DNA of 33,016 nt from Spirogloea muscicola (Eukaryota), in NCBI GenBank assembly GCA_009602725.1, contig WELB01000031.1, forward strand, positions 522,244-555,259, read 5' to 3'. Positions 1-10,900 of this stretch are shown one piece after another (position 1 is the stretch's first letter; each line of letters opens with the position of its first letter). A program made the translations under genes and the position numbers. The notes under the pieces are model-generated. The model did not search any database. It saw only the letters and a program-made list of their open reading frames with translations, and was not told the origin of the DNA.

Positions 1-460
1 TTGGGTCTGGTGTCCTGCTACCGTATGCGACTGTCTATGTCCCTGCAGCGCTCCCAAGCGCTTGCTTTGCACCGCCGCGCTGGTCGCGCCCTTGCAGCAG
101 CCTCTGGCTTGCGCAGCGGGGTTGCTCTTCCTCCCCTCAGCTCATCTGACTTCCTACTGCTGACACGGGGGTATTGAGGGCGCCCTGTCTGCCTAGCCTT
201 TGGCTCCGTCAGGAACACCTGTATGCATCTGGCTGGCATTTCACAGCCGATTCTTTCATATCAGCAGCCGCTTTCTTCTGCCTTCTAACGCTTTTATGGC
301 ACCTTCCAACCTTTCTTCAATCTTTTTCTGGGCTGGCCAACCACAGCCATCGCCCTCTACTGGAAGTGTCCTTCTTCGCCTGGTCATAATCACACTCCTT
401 GCACCGAAGCTTTGACTGTACGTTGAGCAAAACGATGAGTTGAGCAAACAAGCACGACCC
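1..460 (-). repeat. Diverged copy of the dispersed hairpin-core repeat family (inverted relative to the 16750-17900 block)
   Basis: 330-353 gggctggccaaccacagccatcgcc matches the reverse complement of ~16928-16951 ggcgatggctgtgattggccagccc. ~23-110 (tatgcgactgtctatgtc...gcgctggtcgcgc...gcagcctctggc) matches the reverse complement of ~17090-17206. Boundaries approximate; the copy may continue beyond the left edge of the window. Confidence 0.75.
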
Positions 461-2510
461 TTCGCCTGCTCATGTCACTGCCATTCACGCTGCCTCCAAG
501 GCCGCTCGCCTGACACGTTAATCTGGACGCATTCGTCGACCTTCAAGGACCAACCCCCTCCGGCTGCAGTGTGAGTGTAGAGCAAGAAGCTCTGGCTCTG
601 CAGCAAGATAGATGCATTCCAGAGGGATGGCGGACAGTCTAGAGGGCGTCCTTCAAGGTTCTCGCACTTGGAGAAAGTGTGAGTCAATCTGACATATGTA
701 CCAATGTATGCCCCACCATTGGCAATAATGAAAGTGCAGCTTGCAAATATTTGTAAAGTGAAATCTACCTACTGTCCCAGTGTCCTAGCTAGTGCGGTCA
801 CAGCTACTAGACTGCACCCCACTACTAGTACAGGTTACGCACATCAGCTCCTTGACGTAGCACTCATCCTATTAACAAGTTGGTATATCGCACTTCCTCC
901 AACTAGTGATGACAAAGCCATCCTCAAGTACCACTCTATTGCCTCTTGCGATATAAGCCTCCTGTGCTGGCACTGCTGCCTAGATCAACAAGTGACTTTT
1001 AAGAGCTGGCAATCCACGGTCTTCCAAATTCTCATGACCTCATCAGAGGAGTTTCTGCACACAGACCAACTATGGGGTAGGTCCTGAAAGCCCTTCCTCA
1101 ACCTGGTAGCACAGTTCCTTAAGAGGCTCCCTTCTTCTAGCTGGCATTACAGTGTCAGTCCTTTCGATGTAAGTGCCCATTCATCTCTACTGAACAGCTG
1201 CTTCTTTTCCATGTCATGGCCGTGGCTTCTCCACAATCAGCAAATGGCCCATAATAACTCAGGGACACCTGTCCTCCCTGTCGGGCTGGTCAGTCAAAGC
1301 TGCACTTCTTCCTGGATGTATGGGTTCAGTGCACTGCCACTGGAGCTTGTTATGGTCTTACAGAGACAGTACTGGCGAATCGAATCCCAATCCCTTTCTG
1401 CAGATTTACCACAAGTTTGCTGTAGCAAGCTAGCACTCTGCTGTAACATGCCATGCTGTCTTGTCACGGCCCAACTATTGGCTACCCTGGGTCTGGGTCT
1501 GTAAAACGATCCTGGATATGAAACACATTCTTGCCAAGGCCAGTGACACATCCACCCTTGTGACGTCGAAGACAACAAGGAGTACATCGCAATTGCATGC
1601 TCGAACTTGGTCTGAGAAGGATGCTTGCGTTCCAGCTTGCAGGGCCAGTAGTCATTGGTAATGCTTGATTGCTGTGGCAGGCCATGGTGACACCTGAGCA
1701 CAGTAAACCACTGCGTCAAACATGTCATCACAGTCACCTCCACAGTTTAACCAAACCTCAAGCAAGCAGCAATGGGTCAGTGCCTAGCTTGGTACGAGTG
1801 TGGCAAATTGGACCTGAATATGATATAATCCAATGATTCAGGACTTCAGCGCGGGAGGAGGACGCCTAACAAAAAGGTCCCAAAATCACATAGTTGCCAA
1901 GGTCGAGGACTGCAAACAACGATAAGCAGAGCTATTGTGAGGTCTCTGTGCATGTGCAAGCTACGTCTGAAACCCTCAGAAGTGGAAATCTGCTTACAAA
2001 CAGTAATCTCTGGAATATCCATCCGCTTCTAGCTCTCTAAGTACAGGAAGGTCCAGAATTGACACCTCGACGAGGTAGCGCCTATCTCCAGGGGTAAGAG
2101 CCCAGACAGTCAGTAGAGATGATGAGCTCTGTGCTGCTTCTTGCTGCCAAGTAAATTCTTGCTGCCAAGTGGAAATCGCAGAAGCCCATCAAATTGCTGC
2201 GTAGGCTTGTGGACAAGAACTTCAGAATACTTCCGTCTGCAAGCTGTCTAATAATTTGCAGAACAGTGACCATTGTGATCATAGAAAGTGAAGGAGGTCA
2301 CAGATGAAACTCACCATGAAGCTAAAAACGAGTGGACATCATGCACCAACTTCGATGCACTTCGGGTACATGACAAGCTCCAGGAGCTTATTGTGTGATT
2401 GTTAAGATAGCACCGCATGTAGGAATGGAGGAGCATTTATCGGCGAGCATCTGGGGCATCAGTGTGCCTGATTAAGCTCTCCTGCAAGTGGAGGTGAATG
2501 ACACCTGACT

Positions 2511-5500
2511 TCATGGGCCAGCACGAAGATCCTCTCCAACTTCAAGTGGTGCACACTGGCAAGTCATTGCCTCTTGAATGGCCAGCAGCTGTGCTCGGGT
2601 ATACTGTAGTCGTTCATCTGCAGTGACAAGCTTGAATTTCTTCACCACAAGGGGACCAGCATTGATCCCCTCTTTGAACTGCTTCTCAGACAACCTTGCA
2701 CAGAAAAAACAGCGAAACGTGTCTTCTCTAGGAATTTCAAATCCAATATATTTCTCACAAATACCACACACTAGCCTGCTTGGGTGGGGCGATTACCACG
2801 TGGAGGAAGTACAGAAATCTGCAACTTGATCGCTGCAGCTTGCTGGACATCCGGCCTGCCTCTGCCCAGCCTCCGCTTGCCGCCTCTCTTCTTCCGCCTC
2901 TTCCGCTCCTCCCGGCCCTCTTCACCAAGGCACGTGAGCACTTCAAGAGATGGACTAGCCATCTTGTCTTCCCATTCCTCCTCACTGCTTGCTTGTTCTG
3001 CGACTCTTTCCTCCCCCATCTTGAACACCTCTCCTCCCCCAAAGTGGACAGCTGCTAGAGGTAAGGCTCTCTGTAGCGAAGCCAAGCCATGAGCAGTTAA
3101 GAGCCAGCAATCCTCGAGAAAGATCTCCCGCAGTGAAGGTGCCATGAAGAGAGCTCGCAAACCCATATCTGTTATCATTGCTCCTTCCACAGCAAGCAGG
3201 TTAAGTCTTGGTAATGCTGCACGGTCACGATGGGCCAGACAAGACAACACAGAGAAGTAAACTTTCAAGTCGACATTGCAATCAGGCAAATGCAGCAAGT
3301 AGCATAAGTGCTGTGCATTCTGTGTGTGATAACTCTGTTTCACAATCTGCATTGAGCTGTATGAGTGTCACACATATTCCTTGTTGTCTAGATACAATGT
3401 ACTCCAAGGTGATGAGCAGAGGCAAAAGTAAAAGCACAGAGTGATCTCTAGTCAATCTATCAATTGTAGTAGTCATTGCCAGCATCTATTCCTCGAGATC
3501 TTTCTTGATATGAGATGTTACATTCACTCTATATGACCCTTATTGCACTACAAATTTACCTGCGAGGTGGGGGAGGCAACAGTCAGTGAGGTACTCCCCG
3601 TTTAGCAGCAAAACTTTGAGACTGGAGACGTGTGACAGGTAGAGGCAGCCAGTATCTGTGACATGAGTCGCCCTCAAGTCCAGTTGGACAAGCATTGGCA
3701 GGGCCGCAAGTGAGTTGATTGTGGGTGTGAAGGTCCTAGGCTCCAGCAAACTTGCATCTATGATATACCCTTGATGTACAAGTTATAATCAGAACAACAT
3801 ATATTACTGTGTCAGCAGAACGCAGAAAGCACACACAGCCGAGGTCAGAAGAAATCTAACAGAAACCTCTCAATGGAGTCTATCGCGCCCAACACTAGGC
3901 AGGACACTGGCAGATCTGAGATGCAAACATATCACTTTATGCAAATGCATAGTCCTTGCAACATGATTCTTGCAACATAGTAAGTCGGAAAACGTTGCTC
4001 GGTACGTGGAAGCCTATGCTGTTCTCCTTGGTTGAGTGACACAGTAGCAGTGATGTTGATTAAATCAAGAGCATATACCAAAGGATGCATATGCCAAAGG
4101 ATGCTAGCATACCCTTCACTGCAGTGCCTCTCATGTCCACGTTGGTAAGAGATGGCATCATCTCCAGGACCATAAATGCTTTGTCGTCAACAGCTGATTC
4201 CCTGAGTAGTAGTGTCTCTAACACTGGAGCATGACCAGAGAGCAGGCTCAGGTCGTCTGATGTCACACTTGTCTCGCTCAGATTGAGCCACTTCAACTTC
4301 GCTGCCACCTGGCATTGAGATAGAATGTCAATGGTCTACAACTTGGTCAGGGCTGTGATGGCCATCTCTTTCATGTCATCATGGCTGTTCTTAAGAGAAG
4401 GTTGTGCTCCTCCAAGCCCTATATGAAAGAGTAAACCAGACTTCTACATGCCATGTATCTTCCTGGCCTGGAAAAGGTGCGCAAAGCTTCCAATTTCTCA
4501 ACTGCATAAGACTATGAGGCTTGCTTTACATCTTCAAGGCAATCGAAGGCTCACACATGTACCTGCGCAAGTGGAGAGATGAAGAATGAGGCGATGTTCC
4601 CTGAAAGATCTATACTTGTCAAATTTCTTGTGAGTTGTAACCAGGAGAAGTCCTGAAGTTGACAATCTCCAAGGCCAAGAACCTGTAAGCTGGAATGTTG
4701 TCGATGTTCCATACTAGGGCACTTCTCAACTCGTTCTGCACTGGATCCTGCAGTGATATCAAACCGAATGCATGTTTAATTGGTGCAGCCTGCACACAAC
4801 TGGCACATCCAATTTGCAGCACTACAGGAGTAGCAGACATATTGAGGAGTCACTCAGAAACAAGACTGACGCTGGACATGACATCATGACCAATCAAACA
4901 AAGAGAGCGGTGCCTGGCAAAACTACAGTAAGAGCTGTGCACTTCTAACTATGACTCATTGTCCAGCGTTGGGGTTAGGGCAGAATTGCGAGACGGGTAG
5001 TGCTCCTTCTTCTTCTTCTAGAGCCGGACATGCATGTGATACATCAGGTGATGACCTGTTCGTCATAAGCAGCGCAAAAAAATAGCTAGCAGCCAAATCT
5101 CAACACGCAAGCTTCTGTTACCTTTCTCTGATTTATTACAACTCAAACTCGTAGTTTATCAATACTACATTTGACAGCAATCAAGAAATAGCTTGCATAC
5201 CTCCATATCTGTCCAGGTGCATAAACAGATTGTGAAGCTTGCAACCAGCGAGCTGTAGAGTGGTCAGAGATGGTAGCACTGGGAAGCAGGTAATGCTTGA
5301 CAGTGCAAGGTTGAGCAATTCAAGCTTTGGCAGCCTCACGAATGAAGGAAGGGAGGAGTCTGAGATATCACTACCCCAAAGGGTGAGTGATGTAAGGTGC
5401 TTGAGTCCCTGCATAGGAATAATTACTCGCTATGAGCAAGGCAGGAAGATGCATACATACATCCAAGGAGCTACAAACAATTGGGTTAGCATGGGGTGGC

Positions 5501-6934
5501 TTGTGTTCAACATTTAGTAGAGCTACTTAATATTGACCACAAACAACTTAGCCTAGCCTTTGTACGAAGTGAATGTATGCTCGTTACTCCAGGAGTAAAA
5601 GCAGCACACTGAGGCAGATGCTGATAAAGCATCTGAACAATATAGCCACCCTTGCACTGATGTTTCTTGGACCTCTGCTTCATGATGCGTCACATATACT
5701 GGCCACCAGTCCACCCAACAGCTTCATATGTAAGAAGTAACTTATGAACCCTGTCTGCAGGCTGCTTTCTCCCTGTCCCCCTTGTGACTTCCTTGGACCT
5801 ACTCGTCCATCAAAGTAGCACTTCACCTCAAATGAAGCAATGGTGTTGTCGGAGACTGGCAGCCCTCCCAGATCGAGGTGGCTGAGCCTGGTCAGGCTAG
5901 CCAGTGATGGCAGTGCGGCATCCTTCACACTGGTCTCTGCTAGGCTGAGCCAGTTGAGCCTTGGCAGGTTCAGAATGTGGTCAAGTGCTTTGCTCCCCAC
6001 CTTGGCACATCGGGCGACTGTCAGCTTCTCTAGCAGGGGCAGTCCTGAGGCAGAGGAGGGGGAGGACAAAGGACACGTCAATAGCAGATGCAAGCCCGAG
6101 AAACAGCAGACACAGGCAGTTGGGTTCTGATACACACAAAGCAGCGAAATGCACACAGACAGAGCCAGCCTCTGTACACAGCCTGGGACAAGGAAACCCC
6201 TCTGCAACGGCAGCTGACCACAGTACCAGTCAGGTGCCAAAGGGATGCGCTCGTGACACCCTTGCAGCCGTCGAGGCTCAGGGATTTCATGTATGAATAG
6301 CCTCCAAGGTAGGCAAGCCAGGTGGTGTCCACGCCTGGGTGGCCGGCCAGGCACACATCGTCCACCACCCGCTGAAAGTGCCTGGTCAAACGAGCTACTG
6401 GGCGTCAGACTGGTAGCTCAATCGAGAGGGTATGAAAGTCTATGACCAGAGGCAAAAGTGGACTTGCTACTAGAGTAGCAGATACATGTTGAGACTGACG
6501 CAGCATGGCAACCTGGAGAGGCTAGCTAAGGCTGCTAATGAAGAGAGTCTGTGTAATTTAAGCAAACTATTGTCCACGAGCCAAGGGGTAATCATACTCC
6601 AGGAGAGGCGCGGTGATGCGGCGATTCTTGAGGAGGGCATGGAAGAGGTCCACGGCCAGCTCCGAAGGCAGCCGCTCGATGGAACGTCTCTTCCTCCTGC
6701 AGAAAGGAATCACTCCCCCTTGGCTCAGCTATGTAAGAAGCGAAGCCAACAAGAACCTTGTCTGGCGGTGATGCGGAATTCGATGAATCTGCATTGCTGT
6801 AAGGCGAGCGAGCATCGGTCGGCTCGATTGCTAGCAGGGGCTGGCCAGGACGGAGGCCCAGCCGACCTCCAGACGTCGCTGCTGCTGGAGACGGCGATGC
6901 AGAGGGCCACCAGCGACTGGTCCCTGGACGACAT
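2511..6934 (-). CDS. CERES: Leucine-rich-repeat protein with C-terminal eIF4E-binding motif (CERES / At4g23840-like), ~621 aa, 10 exons
   Basis: Exons (minus, all GT-AG, phases consistent): 6934-6867, 6696-6598, 6381-6227, 6044-5827, 5408-5201, 4747-4563, 4308-4113, 3769-3560 (acceptor slightly ambiguous), 3216-2797, 2617-2511; total 1866 nt. N-terminus SLVALCIA..WRRKRRSIERLPSELAVDLFHALLKNRRITAPLLE, then LRRs (LSHLDLGGLPVSD, LTSLTLWGSDISD, LKWLNLSETSVT, LVQLDLRATHVTD, IFLEDCWLLT), ending DERLQYTRAQLLAIQ. This matches my recollection of Arabidopsis At4g23840/CERES. Confidence 0.85.
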
Positions 6935-7916
6935 GAGGACCGTGGGCAGCGTGGTCTCTTGGTGCGCAGCTGTCAGAGGAGCCAGCGCCGGCGTGCTGGA
7001 GGAGGGCGGCCCGCCGTGACAAACTCGGCCACTGCTGCAGCGCCGCCTCGGAGGCCTCCGTCAGCTGAGCGGCGGCGGCGCAGGGGCGCGGGAGGCCCGC
7101 CGCGAGCCGCGGCGGGGCGGCGGCGGCGGGCAGACTTCCAGTTGTCGGAAGTGGCAGCGGTCGTCAACTGTGATGCCGAAGAGTGTGATCAGTTGACGTC
7201 TGAGTACGAAGGCAAGAAAACGACGTCTACAGCTGTGAAGCACCTGCTGCCGCTAGCCGACCCGCTCGGCGACCACGGCTCACGCTTTTCACGGCGACGT
7301 CTTTCCGCCTGCTAGCTATTCAGACTTGCATCGATTGACTAGGCCCCGCAGTCGCTGCTTAGCTCGTAGTTTGGCCCCTTCGAACCTTGTCAATTCTTTT
7401 CGGGCTGGCTTCTCACAGCCCTTGCCCCCTTTGGGAGAGCCACTTCTTCTTACTGAGAGTCCGCTTGCTGCTGTCTCAGTACCTCAGCACTCCGGCTCCT
7501 TCAGACAGACCTCGTCCATTCCATTGGGCTCGTAAGTACTGAGTAGGTCCATCCTCCCCCGTTCTGCCATAGCCTCTTCAGGCCCCTTAGTAGCTGCTTA
7601 GCTCGTAGTTTGGCCCCTTCGAACCTTGTCAATTCTTTTCGGGCTGGCTTCTCACAGCCCTTGCCCCNCGGATGCGGAGCTTCTCCGAGTAGGCGACTCT
7701 AGCGACTGGCCGCCAGGTGGGCTCTGTCGGCGCCCTCTTGGCACGGTCCGAGACGTCGCGCACGACACCTAGTCGCCGCTGCCGCCGCCGCTGCCGCCGT
7801 CGCCGGCCGCTGGCCTGGTCCCGCTGCCTTGCGGCCTCCCTTGGACTGGCCGCCTCCGCTTCCCTGCCGCCGCCTCCTCGTGCCGCGAGCGGCAGCGCTC
7901 CGTCGCGGCGAGCGCG
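6935..7916. promoter_or_regulatory. Shared divergent promoter region between CERES-like and BTPC genes
   Basis: Start codons lie head-to-head ~980 bp apart. Both flanks (~6900-7310 and ~7680-8120) are GC/CpG-rich with GCC runs; a repeat block sits in the middle. Confidence 0.6.
7354..7667 (-). repeat. Direct repeat (~75 bp identical, period 239 bp) of the hairpin-core family, ending at an N
   Basis: gctgcttagctcgtagtttggccccttcgaaccttgtcaattcttttcgggctggcttctcacagcccttgcccc occurs at 7354-7428 and 7593-7667; the base at 7668 is n. Confidence 0.9.
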
Positions 7917-10900
7917 ATGACGGACACGACGGACGACATCGCGGAGGAGATCTCCTTCCAGTCGTTCGACGATGACTGCCGGCTCCTCGGCTCGCTGCTG
8001 GACGAGTGCCTCAAGCTGGAGGTCGGGGAGGAGTTCATTGCCAAGGTGGACCGCGTCCGCCTGCTGGCCCAGGTGCGCGCCGCCGCCGGGGAGCCTCTCC
8101 GCCCGAGTGCCCGGACTCAGACGTCTCCGAGGCCTCAAGCCTATGTCCGCTTCTCTCACGCCTTCTTACACCTCAGGTTTAGCAGCTGAGATCCAGCGAC
8201 AGAGAACTCTGACAAATGCGCAGACTTTCCCTGTGTGTGCCTTCAGAGCGCCTGCAACATGCGCACGACGGGCGTGGAGGAGGCAGCCGAGTGGCTGTCG
8301 AGGCAGCTGGAGAAGGAGCTGGGCAACATGACGCTGCAGGAGGCGGTGCCCCTCGCCCGGGCCTTCAGCCACTATCTGAACCTCATGGGCATTGCCGAGA
8401 CGCACCACAAGTGAGCCTTGTTTTCTGGAGCAGCTCTGGGCCATAGCTGCTGTGATCCCGACTGTGACCACGCAAAGCGGTCAATGTAGCTCGACAGCAG
8501 AAGGTTTGCAGTGTGCTGCAGACATCCTGGATTCTTCTTCTTGTCCACACGCCTCCACACTTCTCCACAGATCATACAGGACCCACTTAAGACCATTGTG
8601 TGTGGAGAAAAATGCATTGCCTTTCGCAAGTCACTGCGGCTACATTCTGGTCGATGGGCAAAGCAGGTCCAACCACCTTAGTCTATCAGCTCTCTGACAA
8701 AGCTGGCATGGGAGCAGGATGAGGAGGGCGCGCATGTCAGCTCAGCTGGACAAGTCGTGCGACGTTGTCGTCCAGCGTTTGATTCAATCCGGCTACTCAC
8801 CAGACGAGGTTTTTGAGGCCATCTGCAACCAGGTCAGCAACGTCCGATGTGTTTCCAAGTATTCTACGAAGCCAAACATCCTCCCTCTCCGACCTCCCAA
8901 GCCCTGCACCAGCCCTTCTTAAGCCTTGCCTTGTGAGTCGTCCTTGCAGTTTTCGTTCTTTACCCATTGGCAAGTTATCAGCATGCAATATGTTTGGGAC
9001 CATATTTGAAGTTATCGGTTATGCAATTGTGGCCTGCTGCACTCACTCAGAGTGCTGGACTGCAGTCTCACTCATTTTCACATATTTTCAGGATGTGGAG
9101 ATTGTGCTGACAGCCCACCCAACACAGATCAACAGGCGCACACTGCAGTACAAGCACCTCCGCATTGCTGTGAGTGCAAACCCTGGAGAATTCTCAGCTC
9201 AGCAGTTGCCGAATGCTCATGTCTGATGCCACTTGTTCTCCTCCTGCATCTCAGATTCTCTGAACCAAGGAAACCGATCTATGCTCTATTGCAGCATCTG
9301 CTGGAGAAGAACGATAGGACTGATCTCACACATGAAGACAGGGAGATGCTCATTGAAGACCTGGTAAAATCCTGAAGTACAGCCACTAATGCCAAGAATA
9401 ATTGCTTGTCTTCATCAGAAGTTCCTGCACTGCCAAGCAAGCTTGCCCTTGCTAGTGTAACAGCGGCAACCTTTCCATCTCCACCTGGCTCACAGTCATC
9501 TTTCAGCACACACAATCTACACAGGGTCAGAGCTGCTGAGGAGGTGTGTGTTCCCTTTTGATGTTGGAAGTAATACTGGCAGGTTAGGGAGATTACATCT
9601 TTGTGGCAAACTGATGAGCTTCGCCGCCGCAAACCTACCCCTGTAGACGAGGCTCGAGGAGGTAAATCTCAAGTACCTGCTACCGGGCACCAAGTAGTGC
9701 CAGCACTCTCGCAAGTGTGCTGTGACTAGGTATCAAATGCATTCCGTGTCTTACTGGATAGTCCATGCACAGGACTATTCTTGCCAGCTCAGCTGAGAAC
9801 AAATAACGATAAGCATGTAGGCAACATCAGAGGAGGCCTGATGGTGAGGTTTTGGCTAATTGACTCAGCCATAGCCATATTCCTAAAACGGCAGAGCTCA
9901 CTTTGATGCATGCATTTGCCATCCCTAGTGTAGGGCTTCACATTGTCGAGCAGTCGCTCTGGAGAGCTGTGCCCCACTATCTGCGGAGGGTTAGCACCAC
10001 CCTAAAGAAGGTACACTTTTTGCCCTCATGTACAGCAGCATAGCATTGGTGGTATGGGGGTTGGCACTTCAGGAGGAAGATGCCAGCATCATGACAAGGA
10101 GATCTCTATATGATCGTGCTCCTGTATGCATTGAGGCAATGGAGGTGGGAAGATGCCCTGGCGTGAGCTGCATGTCCTCTTCTTGTGCTGATAAGTGTTT
10201 GTTGATGTTCAGCACACTGGTAGATCGCTTCCTTTGACATGCACTCCCCTTCGCTTTGGCTCCTGGATGGGTGGGGATCGTGATGGAAATCCTAACGTCA
10301 CAGCCAAGGTATGTCCCAGTAGGTAATTATCACCAGTAATATCCCTTATTGACAACAAGGATCTCATGGCCTGGAAATACCGATTGCAATTTACTTTTTG
10401 TTGACAGCCTGTGATACTCTGCAGGTCACCAAGGATGTGTGCTACCTTGCCAAGTGGATTGCTGCGGATCTCTACCTGAGAGAGGTTGACAGCTTGAGAT
10501 TCGAGCTCAGCATGAGCAAGTGCAGTGATGAGATGACACGCGTGGCCAACGACGTCTTGGCAAGGGGTCAGTGACAAAGTTGTGCAATTTGAAGTAGATA
10601 TCTAGATGATCTGGTTTCCTTGGCAGAAATGTGCATGATGACACCCTGGCCAAGGTGCTTCGAGTGTTCAGGTCCTGGCCCTTGTATAGGTTGGCTTTGA
10701 GCTTATAACCTCTTACATATGGCAATGCCGATATACCTTGGAATCTTGCAACGCCGCAGAGCACCAAGAAGAGGAGTTTTTTCATGGAAGCTGGTTTGCT
10801 CATAAGGACCGGAATCGTGAACGGGAGTTGAGTGAGAGTGCAGGTCATGCCGTTGGGCTTCCCTCACACCTCCCACAAGGGGCAGACATGCCAGCAATAT

